This document shows, in pieces, positions 30,982 to 42,865 of a stretch of DNA of 64,000 bases. Origin of the DNA: Crocinitomicaceae bacterium (GTDB lineage Bacteria; Bacteroidota; Bacteroidia; Flavobacteriales_D; Crocinitomicaceae); NCBI GenBank assembly GCA_044239425.1, contig JBIIBL010000003.1, forward strand, positions 3,370-67,369. Reading direction: 5' to 3'. Below the pieces are notes generated by a model that was not told the DNA's origin, searched no databases, and saw only the letters and a list, made by a program, of their open reading frames with translations. Position numbers and translations under genes: made by a program. The stretch's first letter is position 1, and the number at the start of each line of letters is the position of its first letter.

Positions 30982-31004
30982 ATCTAACTTTGCCGACAAA
31001 AGAT

Positions 31005-31036
31005 AAAACTGCCCTCATTGAGGGCAGTTTTTTTTT
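31005..31036 (+). terminator. rho-independent terminator
   Basis: A 7-bp GC-rich stem CTGCCCT/AGGGCAG (31009-31015 and 31021-31027) with a 5-nt loop and a run of 9 T (31028-31036). It starts 24 nt after the TPR gene stop. Confidence 0.75.
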
Positions 31037-31068
31037 AGCTAGTTGCGCATTTTTATTAACTTTGAGAT

Positions 31069-33108
31069 ATGGAATTTGTACACCCAGAACGCTTATGGTT
31101 CCTTTTCTTTCTACTGATTCCAATCGTCATTCATCTTTTTCATTTTAGAAAACGCAAGACCCTCTATTTTTCGTCGTTGCGCTTCATTCAATTCCTTGAA
31201 AAAGAACAGCAAAGCACTAGAAAACTCAAGCACCTGTTGGTCTTGATCTCCAGAATTTTAGCGCTTACAGCCCTGATCTTCGCTTTTGCCCAACCACAAA
31301 TTAAAAATGGCGCAGGGCAACAAAGCGGCAAACCAGCCCTACTCATCTACTTAGACAACTCCTTCTCCATGAGTGCCATTGGCACAGAAGGAACTCTACT
31401 TTCCGAAGGGCGCGAACTCGCCAAGCGCATGCTACAAAAAACTGCCCCGGACACACGCGTTCTTGTTTGCAGCAATCAACTCAACCACACCGAGCAGCGT
31501 TTTCAGACCAAAGCAGAGGCCTTGCGCTACCTAGACAACCTAGATGTTTACGCCCTTAGCCGCAGCCTTGACGACATCATTACTTGGCAGCAAAGACAAA
31601 TCAAAAAACACCAAGAGCAAAAAGAAAAACTTGGCCAAATCAGACAGGTCTTTATTTCTGATTTTCAGCAAACCCAAGGCAAGCTCTCTGCTCAGCGGCC
31701 TCAAACGAACCAAGCTTTCTTTGCCTATCAACTCAAAGCACAGCAAAACCAAAATGCCTATATAGACAGCATTTGGTTTGCCAAACCAACACAGCACTAC
31801 CAAACGGAGCAAATGCTCATGGTACGGATTCAGAATTTTGGTGAACAAGCTAAAAAACGCTTGGAGCTCAACGTAAAAATTGGCAAAATCAAGCGCACCA
31901 TGTTCATGCAAATTGCAGCGAACGGAAGTCAGGTGGCCAGTTTTCCCTACACTGAAATCAACAAAGGATACGTGCTTGGTCAGGCACAAATCAACGACCA
32001 ACAAATCCATTTTGACGACACCTGGTATTTCTCTTACGAAGTACCAGAACGCACCAATATTTATCTCATTGAGGATGCCAACGCAAGTCCTAATGTCGCA
32101 AAAGCTTATGCGGTTGAGGAGCGCTATACCGTTCAAACTACTGTTCCTGGCGAAGTAGCATCCAATACGCTTGCTGCAGCTGACCTCATTGTCCTGAACG
32201 GACTCAACGAAATTTCTAGTGGGCTCCAAGACGAACTCCTCACAGCGCAGCAAAACGGACAACGCATTTTGATTATCCCTGGCGAAGACATCTCCTTTAA
32301 CGACTACAACCCTTTGTTGCGCGCGCTTTCCCTTTCAGAGTTAGGTACAGCGCAGTCCAATGCGCTCAACCTTCAACGCATCAACGACGACGACCCTTTC
32401 TTTAGCGGTGTTTTCGAGAAAAAACAAGAGCGCATCAATGTTCCATTGGTCAAAAAAGCCTACGCTGTTAAAAACCAAGCCTATAGCAGCGCAACGCCCT
32501 TGCTCCTTACCCGTTCTGGCCAAGCACTCTTTATGCGCGCCAACACCACCGCATTTTTATGGACCACCGCCTTGCAAGCTTCTTTCGGAAGCTTGGTCAA
32601 TCAATCTCTCTTCCCAACCATCCTTTTGCGCTGTGCAGAATTTGCCAGTAAGCGCTACCCTGAATACGCGATATTAGGAAAAGATGCCCAAATCAAAGTC
32701 AGAGCTGAGCACGAAGACGAAGCACCTTTGCGCTTGATCTCAGCTGAGACAGAATTTATTGCTCAATATGTTGGTGCTCCTAATAACTTGCGCATTCAAA
32801 TTGGCGGTATGGCCGCTTTAGAAAGACTCAAAGCGGGTATATACGAACTCAAAGGATCCGAAACACTTGCGCAGTTGGCACTCAATTACAACCGCACCGA
32901 ATCCAAACTCGAACTCCTCACTGAAACAACACTTCTTGAATTACTCGAAGCAAACGGCATAAAAAATTGTAACTTTAACCAAATCAAAGAGGGTCAAAGC
33001 CTAACCGATGTTGAGCTCAAGGACAACAAAAGCTATTGGCGACTCTTTCTTGTTTTTGGACTTATTTTTCTATTGGCAGAACTATCCTTGTTAAAATGGT
33101 GGAAATGA
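31069..33108 (+). CDS. BatA-N-terminal-domain (double-TM anchor) protein
   Basis: 679 aa. The N-terminus F..P..LW.L..L.IPI.IHLF is typical of the aerotolerance BatA N-terminal double-transmembrane domain. A large extracytoplasmic body and a C-terminal TM anchor follow. Confidence 0.7.
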   Translation: MEFVHPERLWFLFFLLIPIVIHLFHFRKRKTLYFSSLRFIQFLEKEQQSTRKLKHLLVLISRILALTALIFAFAQPQIKNGAGQQSGKPALLIYLDNSFSMSAIGTEGTLLSEGRELAKRMLQKTAPDTRVLVCSNQLNHTEQRFQTKAEALRYLDNLDVYALSRSLDDIITWQQRQIKKHQEQKEKLGQIRQVFISDFQQTQGKLSAQRPQTNQAFFAYQLKAQQNQNAYIDSIWFAKPTQHYQTEQMLMVRIQNFGEQAKKRLELNVKIGKIKRTMFMQIAANGSQVASFPYTEINKGYVLGQAQINDQQIHFDDTWYFSYEVPERTNIYLIEDANASPNVAKAYAVEERYTVQTTVPGEVASNTLAAADLIVLNGLNEISSGLQDELLTAQQNGQRILIIPGEDISFNDYNPLLRALSLSELGTAQSNALNLQRINDDDPFFSGVFEKKQERINVPLVKKAYAVKNQAYSSATPLLLTRSGQALFMRANTTAFLWTTALQASFGSLVNQSLFPTILLRCAEFASKRYPEYAILGKDAQIKVRAEHEDEAPLRLISAETEFIAQYVGAPNNLRIQIGGMAALERLKAGIYELKGSETLAQLALNYNRTESKLELLTETTLLELLEANGIKNCNFNQIKEGQSLTDVELKDNKSYWRLFLVFGLIFLLAELSLLKWWK

Positions 33109-34360
33109 AAATTCAACTCAACAACGCAAAAATATACGACCCGACATCAAGTTGGAACCAACAAAACTGTGACCTCCTGATTATCGACGGCGTCATTACC
33201 GAAATTGGCACCAAACTACAACATTCTGACGCCTTGCAGGTAAGTTCAGCCCAGTTGTGTGTCACACCAGGTTTTGTTGACCTCAAAGCAGACTTTTGCG
33301 ACCCTGGCTACGAGCACAAAGAGACCATTGTAAGTGGCTTGGAGGCCGCTAGCGCTGGCGGCTACACCCGTGTTTATATTCAACCGCATACACAACCCGT
33401 AATTGACAACAAAGCTTTGGCAAGTTATGTATATCAGCAAGGCGCCAACAGCACCACTCAAATTGGTGTAAACGGAGCCCTTTCTAAAGGAAACGCCGGT
33501 GAAGAACTCGCAGAAATGTACGAGCTATTTCAAAGTGGTGCCAAATTATTTACAGACGACACCCATAGCATTAGTGCAGGCTTATTGCACCGCGCATTGC
33601 TCTACACCAAAGACTTCGGCGGTCGCGTTTCCTTGCTGGCACGTAATGCCTCTTTAAGCGCAAAAGCTCAAGTAAACGAAGGTAGCGCCTCTACGCGCAC
33701 CGGCCTCAAAGCCGACCCACACGTTTCTGAACTCATTGAAATTGAACGCAACATCCGCTTACTCGACTATACCGGCGGCAAAATGCACCTTTCTGGTATC
33801 AGCACAGCTGAAGGCGTAGAACTCATCAGAGCTGCCAAAAAAGAAGGCCTTGACCTCACTGCCGACGTACACCTCATGAATCTTTGTTTCACCGAAGAAA
33901 AAATGTTGGGCTTCGATACCCGTTTCAAAGTTTTGCCGGTCCTCAGAACCGCAGCAGATCAAGACGCGCTTTGGGCAGGCCTCATCGACGGCACACTAGA
34001 CGCCGTTGTCAGTGATCACCGCCCTGGCGACCCCGAAGAAAAAGAACTCGAATTTGACCTCGCCCTTTTTGGTGCCCCACAACTAGAAACCGTATTTTCG
34101 GCCCTACTCAGTCAAAAACCTGAGGCGCTACAGCAAATATTAAGCGCCTTAAACTCCGGACCGCGAAAAGTATTAGAATTACCGCTACAGACCATCGAAA
34201 TCGGCGCCAAAGCAGAACTCACGCTTTTTGACCCAAGTGTCTCATATGCGCCCAACATGCGCCCGGAACAATGGCGTTTCAGCCCCTTCCAAGAAGCTGA
34301 ACTTCAGGGCCAAATTATTGGCATCATCCGAGGCAATCAAGCTTCAATAGCACATTCCTA

Positions 34361-34361
<1 letters not shown>
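33105..34361 (+). CDS. dihydroorotase-like amidohydrolase with degenerate metal site
   Basis: Collinear with class-I DHOases (PGFVDL....PG.EHKETI.SG..AA.AGG.T, VVSDHRP). The HxH pair reads K-A-D. I set the start at ATG 33105, which forms an ATGA overlap with the upstream stop. Confidence 0.75.
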
Positions 34362-36576
<2,215 letters not shown>

Positions 36577-36580
36577 TAAC

Positions 36581-38299
36581 ATGGTGCGCTATCAAGTACA
36601 TTGCGAACAAGCACAGCAACGCTATATTCAGTTCAGTGCCGTTTTTGAACAAGATGCCTCACTAGATACCCTCCAACTCGAATTACCCAGTTGGAGACCC
36701 GGCCGCTATGAAATCGGTAACTTTGCTAAAAATATCAAAGGATTCAAAGCTTTTGGAGACAACAACCAAGCTTTAGCGTTTCGCAAAACAACCAAAGACA
36801 CTTGGGTCATCGACACCAAAGGCAGCGCTCAAATTAAAATCACCTACAGCTATTACGCTGCCGAACTCAATGCGGGCTCTAGTTTTCTTGACCCCAAACA
36901 ACTCTATATCAATCCGGTCAACTGCTTCTTTTACGATGTAGCCCGAACAGAACAAGCCTACCAACTCCAACTGCACCTACCTGCAGCTTGGCAAATTGCT
37001 TCAGCCTTACATTTCGACCCAAACAACACCTGCGAAATCGCCAATTTTGACCGTTTGGCCGACAGCCCTTTCATTTGCAGCAACACAATTGAACGCAGGA
37101 GTTACGAGGTAGACGGACGCACTTTCCATATTTGTTTCAATCAGCAGCAAATGATCCCTTGGGAGCGCGTTTTACAAGACTTCCAAAAATTTACAGCGCG
37201 TCAGCTTCAAGATTTTGGCGAATTTCCGAGCCAAACATATACTTTCTTGATTCAAGCACTCCCTTATGCAGCTTATCACGGTGTGGAGCACCTCGATTCA
37301 ACGGTAATTGCACTTGGGCCTTCTTGCGATATTTTCGGGAGCCTTTATACGGAATTACTCGGCGTTTGTTCGCATGAGCTTTACCATTCCTGGAATATCA
37401 AAGCGCTCAGGCCAGCCGAAATGCAGCCCTACAATTTCAAAAATGAAAACTACGCCCAAACGGGTTTGATCTACGAAGGCATCACAACTTACCTCGGAGA
37501 CCTCTATTTACTCAAGAGTGGCGTATTTAGTACTGAGCAATACCTCAAAGAACTCAGCAAACAGGTGCAAAAGCACCTCGACAACCCTGGCCGCTTTTCG
37601 ATGAGTGTGGCAGCGGCGTCATTTGACACTTGGCTAGATGGCTATGTACCAGGTGCACCGGGCCGCAAAGTTTCGATTTACACAGAAGGCTGCTTGTTGG
37701 CCTTTTACGTCGATTTCAGGCTGCGCAAAGCCACCAATAATAAAGTAGGCATCGAACAAGTCATGAAAACCCTCTATTTTAATTTTGGGGTTATTCAGAA
37801 GGGCTACACACTTGCCGATTACCAAACAACCATTGAAAATTTAGCGGGTGAATCATTCGCCACATTTTTCGAAGACTACGTGAGTGGCACCTGCGCTTAT
37901 GAAACACTATTGCAAGAAGGCTTTGAATACTTTGGCCTTGAACTCAAGCAAAACCCGAGCAAAAGTTTTGCAGAGGCTCGCTTTGGCATCAAGGTTCAGC
38001 AAGTGGGTAAAGAGTGGCAAATATTGAACATTTACCCTGGCTCACCTGCAGACACTGGCGGTTTGGCTGTTGGAGATCTGATTATTGGGGTCAATGGCAA
38101 CCGCGCGCTGCCAAGTCTAGACAACTGGCTGTCTTTCTATGAAAACCAGAACAAAACCTTATTAGTAGAAAGAGGCGGACAATTACTAGAACATTTTATT
38201 CCTGAGGTAGACCGTCATTTTTATGTAACCCATCAGGTGGCCACGGCTTCTTCACGCATTGCCGCCCAAGAAAAAGCATTTTCGCTTTGGGCTAAGTAG
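36581..38299 (+). CDS. M61-family metallopeptidase (glycyl aminopeptidase-like) with C-terminal PDZ domain
   Basis: HELYHSWN zinc motif and a C-terminal PDZ-like segment (GSPADTGGLAVGDLIIGVNG). I moved the start to ATG 36581, just after the ABC-F stop. Confidence 0.8.
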   Translation: MVRYQVHCEQAQQRYIQFSAVFEQDASLDTLQLELPSWRPGRYEIGNFAKNIKGFKAFGDNNQALAFRKTTKDTWVIDTKGSAQIKITYSYYAAELNAGSSFLDPKQLYINPVNCFFYDVARTEQAYQLQLHLPAAWQIASALHFDPNNTCEIANFDRLADSPFICSNTIERRSYEVDGRTFHICFNQQQMIPWERVLQDFQKFTARQLQDFGEFPSQTYTFLIQALPYAAYHGVEHLDSTVIALGPSCDIFGSLYTELLGVCSHELYHSWNIKALRPAEMQPYNFKNENYAQTGLIYEGITTYLGDLYLLKSGVFSTEQYLKELSKQVQKHLDNPGRFSMSVAAASFDTWLDGYVPGAPGRKVSIYTEGCLLAFYVDFRLRKATNNKVGIEQVMKTLYFNFGVIQKGYTLADYQTTIENLAGESFATFFEDYVSGTCAYETLLQEGFEYFGLELKQNPSKSFAEARFGIKVQQVGKEWQILNIYPGSPADTGGLAVGDLIIGVNGNRALPSLDNWLSFYENQNKTLLVERGGQLLEHFIPEVDRHFYVTHQVATASSRIAAQEKAFSLWAK

Positions 38300-39674
38300 T
38301 TTCAAAAAAATCTTCTGGGAAATTCAATAAATAGAGTTTTTCACTGGCTCTAGTCAGGGCGGTGTAGAGCCATCTTAGATAAGCTGAATTCTTGCGCTCT
38401 TCAGGAACAAAACCGTAGTCTACGTAAACATGCGCCCATTGACCACCCTGTGCTTTGTGTACCGTAACCGCATGCGCATATTTGATTTGCAACGCATTGA
38501 AGTACGGATTTTTGAGCACCTGTTGGTAGCGCTTTTGCTTGTTCTTGATATCGAGGTGTTCTGCCTCAATGGCATAAAACAGCTTGCGCAAAACATCGCG
38601 ACTGATGCTCGGGCCTTCTTCAAGTAAACTTTGGATGTGCGCCACACAGCTAATTGACCCCTGATCTGGGTAATCTACAAATTTCAAATCGAGTTGGGCA
38701 AATTCAAAACCATAATAGGCCTCAAATTTCCTCACGCGCTCAATGCGTGCGAGTTCGCCATTGGCAATAAAGCCCATTTTAGAAGCGGGGTCTAGCCAAA
38801 AGTAGTTGTTCTTGACCACCATCAGTAAATCTCCTTTTTCAAGGACTTCTTCGCGGTAAAACAAGCGGTTTCTGATTTCTAGATTCCATTGATTGGCGCG
38901 CTTGTTGGCGAGGGTCAGCAAGATGGTTTCATCGGTACCAACTTCTGAAATAGATTGCTCCAAGCATTCTTGAAATTCTCCTCCATGAATTTGACAAACA
39001 CTGGTATCTGAGAGCCCTTCTAGACGGGGCAATAAAGGCAAGGTGAACGCTTCTTTTTGACGTAAAAAAGTGGCCACGCTCAGGATTCCTGAATTTTCAT
39101 TGACCCTTACCACTTGCGTCAGATGGCTGTGCCACACAAACAGCGTTGGAAAGGCCTCCACTAACTTTTTAGGGTTTAGTGCAATACTGTGGTCTTGGCC
39201 TACAGGCGGAAGCTGCCCGGGGTCGCCGATAAAAATAAGGTGACAGTTGTCACCGCCGTAAACATAATTGAGTAAATCTTCGAGTACATTGTTGGCTTCG
39301 TAGGGTGAACTCGCGGCGAGCATCGAGGATTCGTCGACAAAAAATAAGGTATGCTTGTGTAAGTTTTTGGCCAGGGTAAGCCCTTGCGTACTCCATTCGC
39401 CACCAGAAAAATAAATGTGTCGGTGGATAGTACTGGCAGGGAAACCCGCATAATTAGAGAGCACCTTGGCCGCGCGTCCGGTGGGCGCCAGAAGTTTAAA
39501 GGACAACTTCTCTTGCTGCATCTGCTTGACAATATGAGCAATAAGCGTTGATTTACCCGTTCCTGCAAAACCGGTGAGCACCCACACTTTTCTGTTTTCT
39601 TTGGCGCGCAGAAAAACAAGAAATTGTTCGAATGCTTGGTTTTGATGTGCGGTAAAGATGAGTTGTTGGGTCAT
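38292..39674 (-). CDS. SF1B DNA helicase, RecD/Pif1-like
   Basis: 460 aa with Walker A GFAGTGKST, then LAPTGRAA, FVDESSM, GDPGQLPPV and the C-terminal VHKAQGGQW motif. Confidence 0.85.
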   Translation of the reverse strand: MTQQLIFTAHQNQAFEQFLVFLRAKENRKVWVLTGFAGTGKSTLIAHIVKQMQQEKLSFKLLAPTGRAAKVLSNYAGFPASTIHRHIYFSGGEWSTQGLTLAKNLHKHTLFFVDESSMLAASSPYEANNVLEDLLNYVYGGDNCHLIFIGDPGQLPPVGQDHSIALNPKKLVEAFPTLFVWHSHLTQVVRVNENSGILSVATFLRQKEAFTLPLLPRLEGLSDTSVCQIHGGEFQECLEQSISEVGTDETILLTLANKRANQWNLEIRNRLFYREEVLEKGDLLMVVKNNYFWLDPASKMGFIANGELARIERVRKFEAYYGFEFAQLDLKFVDYPDQGSISCVAHIQSLLEEGPSISRDVLRKLFYAIEAEHLDIKNKQKRYQQVLKNPYFNALQIKYAHAVTVHKAQGGQWAHVYVDYGFVPEERKNSAYLRWLYTALTRASEKLYLLNFPEDFFETT

Positions 39675-39757
39675 GAAAGTTGCGTTCTGCGCGTTAACAA
39701 AATTAAATATTGTAGCTTTGCACTAGGGCCACAAGCCCAAAGACTTATAAACAAGCC

Positions 39758-40504
39758 ATGTCGCGTTTGGTACTTCATTATACGGATTCCACTCTTTTAT
39801 TGCTCGAACAGACGCAAACTGACGTCTTGAGCACTTACTTTCCACTGGAAATCGACAAGCCTTTTGCCCGTGAACGGATGTCTGGCCCCATTAAAGAAGC
39901 GCTCAACACCAATACAATCAGCGCTTGTTTATGGTTTGGCCCCGACTACACGCTTTTTCCGAGAGCTCTTTTTGACCCCGCTCAGCTCTCCGCTTATTAC
40001 CAACTCAACCATGGCCAGTTAGCGAGTCAAAACCACCTTTGTTTTCAAATTATTGAAGCCCTAGATTTGGTTTTTATCTATAGTATTCCTGTTTGGCTCT
40101 ATGATTATACTAAATACGATCTACAAACACCAACGGTGGGCCACAGTATTGCACAACAACTCCAGTACCTGAGTGCCCAAAACGCCACAGATCGCGTGGT
40201 ACTTTTGATTGAAACCACGCATTTTGTACTGATCACAATTAAAGACAGACAACTCATCAGTTGCACCACCAACGAGTACCAGCAAGCAAGCGATATCCTT
40301 TATTTCCTGCTGGCCCAACAACAAAAGCTACACCTGCCCAGCGCAACACAACTCGACCTTTTCGACGCTTCTCAACATTTTGATTTCAATTCATTTGAAG
40401 CCTTACTGAGTCAATTCAAAGATTTCGAGCACTATACCTGTGCTTTTTACGACACCCCCACCTACCAAAAACAAATTTTGTGCGCATCATCCGAGGATCT
40501 TTAA
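39758..40504 (+). CDS. DUF3822-like hypothetical protein
   Basis: 248 aa. Position immediately upstream of rsmD-coaD and overall pattern match the conserved Bacteroidota DUF3822 gene as I recall it. No catalytic motif seen. Confidence 0.5.
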   Translation: MSRLVLHYTDSTLLLLEQTQTDVLSTYFPLEIDKPFARERMSGPIKEALNTNTISACLWFGPDYTLFPRALFDPAQLSAYYQLNHGQLASQNHLCFQIIEALDLVFIYSIPVWLYDYTKYDLQTPTVGHSIAQQLQYLSAQNATDRVVLLIETTHFVLITIKDRQLISCTTNEYQQASDILYFLLAQQQKLHLPSATQLDLFDASQHFDFNSFEALLSQFKDFEHYTCAFYDTPTYQKQILCASSEDL

Positions 40505-41025
40505 AAGGCAAGCGTTTTGCCACACCACCGGGCTTTCCTTCCAGACCCACCACTGATTACGCCAAAGAAGGGCTCTTTAATATGTTGGAGAACTCCCTAG
40601 ACTTCGACGAGCTCAGTGTATTGGATTTGTGCGCAGGTACCGGCAATATTTCCTTTGAATTTGTAAGCCGCGGCACCAAGCATTTACTCGCCATTGACAG
40701 CCATCCGCGCTGTGTGCAATACCTCAAGCAGAATGTCCAGACGTTACAAATTGCGGAGCAAATGCAAGTCTATAAATCCGATTGTGTGATCTATTGTCGC
40801 AATGCCAAAAACATTCAATATGACCTTATCTTTGCAGACCCTCCCTACCATTTGGGTTTCCACGAAGAACTCATCCATACCATCTTTGAGAAACAACTCT
40901 TGAGTCCAAATGGCCTTGTCATTATCGAACACGGCAAACAACATGATTTTTCAATGTTACCGCAATTTGATGCTTGCCGAAATTTTGGAAATGTTTATTT
41001 TAGTTTTTTCAAGCCAAGCACATGA
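40480..41025 (+). CDS. rsmD: 16S rRNA (guanine966-N2)-methyltransferase RsmD
   Basis: Canonical N-terminus MRIIRGSLKGKRF, SAM motif LDLCAGTGN and the DPPY motif. It overlaps the upstream gene by 25 nt. Confidence 0.88.
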   Translation: MRIIRGSLKGKRFATPPGFPSRPTTDYAKEGLFNMLENSLDFDELSVLDLCAGTGNISFEFVSRGTKHLLAIDSHPRCVQYLKQNVQTLQIAEQMQVYKSDCVIYCRNAKNIQYDLIFADPPYHLGFHEELIHTIFEKQLLSPNGLVIIEHGKQHDFSMLPQFDACRNFGNVYFSFFKPST

Positions 41026-41477
41026 AACGCTGTCTTTTTCCTGGAAGTTTTGATCCTTTTACAAAAGGCCATGAAGCCATTGTACATCAGGCCCTCAGTT
41101 TGTTTGACGAAGTGGTTATTGGCGTAGGCATCAATTCGAAGAAGCAAGGTCTTTTTTCAACCGACAAAAAAATCGCGCACATTCAGGCGCTTTTTACTGC
41201 GCAACCCAACGTCAAAGTAGCTTCATTTCAGAAACTCACCGTTGCGTTTTGCAAAGAAATCGGTGCCACCCATATTGTCCGTGGTTTGCGCGATGCCAAA
41301 GACTTTGAATACGAGCGCAGTATTGGTCATATGAACCATGCCATTTCCGGTATCGATACCGTCTTCTTCTTGACTGCTCAAGCGCACAGCGCCATTAATT
41401 CAAGTATCATTAGAGAAATGTATCAAAACGGCGCAGATATCACGCCATTTGTAACCAAACCTGAGCTCCTCGTTTGA
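41022..41477 (+). CDS. coaD: pantetheine-phosphate adenylyltransferase
   Basis: 151 aa with PGSFDPFTKGH (T/HxGH nucleotidyltransferase motif). ATGA overlap with rsmD. Confidence 0.93.
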   Translation: MKRCLFPGSFDPFTKGHEAIVHQALSLFDEVVIGVGINSKKQGLFSTDKKIAHIQALFTAQPNVKVASFQKLTVAFCKEIGATHIVRGLRDAKDFEYERSIGHMNHAISGIDTVFFLTAQAHSAINSSIIREMYQNGADITPFVTKPELLV

Positions 41478-42865
41478 TGCACGTGCACCTCAAATTACTT
41501 ACCGTTCTGCTCCTCTTTTGTGCGCCTCTCATTGGCCAAGTACAGCTGCGCGGCCTCTCTTTTTGGTCTGCGCCCGAACTTCAAATTTATCGGATTGACA
41601 ACCAGTTCAGCAAAGAAAAAATCTGGCTGCAAACCGTGAAGCCCGACAGCATGGGTATATTCACTACTCAACTCGAACTCCAAACAACCAGCACGCTACA
41701 AATCTGTGGCGCCAAAAAATGCGCCATGCTCTATGCGCAACCCAAAGCACGCTACCTCGTCGAACTGCCATTAGAAGAACAACAAACTTTTTACAACACC
41801 GACGAACAAGAGATTGAACTCCTGTTTTATCAGCTCGACACCAACGATATCAATTACCGCATTTTGGGCTTCGAGGCCTGGATGGACGACTACCTTGCCG
41901 ACATCTATCAACTCAAAGATATCCGCAGTCATGAGTTTATCCTGAAAGTAATGGCCTTTAAAGCTGAGACAGCTGCTGTCTATGGCAACGACACCACCTC
42001 ATTCTTGCGCGACTACATCAAATACAGCGTGGGCCAAACCATCGATAATTTTTCAGTTATTGGCGGCCCTTCCAAAGACGACAAATTCAGTTTTTACCTT
42101 CAAACCGACACCATAGATTACCACCAACCAAAACTCGTTGAGTATGCCTATCTTTTTTACGAAAAGTACGAAACGCAAGTAGATCAAAACACACGGTTGG
42201 CAATAGAAATGGCCATTGCCTCCGCGAATAGCACTGCTTTGGTTGCTGCATTGCAAAACGACCCCTACATTTACAACACAGCCTGGGCCGATTTCGTGGC
42301 CTTACAACTGATCTTAGAATTTGACCAAAACAAACGAATCGACAAAACCCTCACTTTAGCATTGCTAAAAAGTATGGCTACCAATGGTCAACAAAAAAGC
42401 TTACGGGACGCTGCACACTACTTTTGGCAAGAAAAAAGCAAACTCGACAACGGTTCCTATTGGGATCGCAATTATGTTGTCGATGAGCTTCATATTGAAT
42501 TGAACGCCAACCAATATCTTTACCTACATCATTACATCCCGGGCAATCAAAAGTGCATTGCTGAAATGGCCGCTCTCAAACGTTTGGCAAAGCGCTACGA
42601 AAACAAAGTGCAGATCCTTACTTTTTACCCCAGCGAACAAGCTTGGACAAACGCCGATCAGAAAGCATTCGAGGGCGCTAATTGGCAGCGTCTTGCCCTG
42701 CCTCAAACACACACACTATGGCAGCAACTGAGTTGGAGCAGTGCTCCGGCTTACATTCTCTTGGATCCACAATTGAAAGTGCTCAATTTAGATGCCTTAG
42801 GCCCCTTGCCAAATGCACGCACCCAAACAATTGACCTGCTTCTCAATCAGCTTTTTAGCAATTGA
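41474..42865 (+). CDS. secreted protein with C-terminal TlpA/ResA-like thioredoxin fold (degenerate active site)
   Basis: 463 aa with a signal peptide. The C-terminal 120 aa align by eye with TlpA-type domains (…AEMAALKRLAKRYENKVQILTFY… PAYILLDPQLKVL), but WCxxC reads PGNQKC. ATGA overlap with coaD. Confidence 0.65.
   Translation: MMHVHLKLLTVLLLFCAPLIGQVQLRGLSFWSAPELQIYRIDNQFSKEKIWLQTVKPDSMGIFTTQLELQTTSTLQICGAKKCAMLYAQPKARYLVELPLEEQQTFYNTDEQEIELLFYQLDTNDINYRILGFEAWMDDYLADIYQLKDIRSHEFILKVMAFKAETAAVYGNDTTSFLRDYIKYSVGQTIDNFSVIGGPSKDDKFSFYLQTDTIDYHQPKLVEYAYLFYEKYETQVDQNTRLAIEMAIASANSTALVAALQNDPYIYNTAWADFVALQLILEFDQNKRIDKTLTLALLKSMATNGQQKSLRDAAHYFWQEKSKLDNGSYWDRNYVVDELHIELNANQYLYLHHYIPGNQKCIAEMAALKRLAKRYENKVQILTFYPSEQAWTNADQKAFEGANWQRLALPQTHTLWQQLSWSSAPAYILLDPQLKVLNLDALGPLPNARTQTIDLLLNQLFSN

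Noticed and set aside
31540-32262. A 240-aa minus-strand ORF inside the BatA-N-domain gene.
   Set aside because: Its composition (Cys/Arg/Phe-rich, no motif) is typical of an antisense frame. The plus-strand gene has a recognisable N-terminal domain, a C-terminal anchor and coupling to the next gene.
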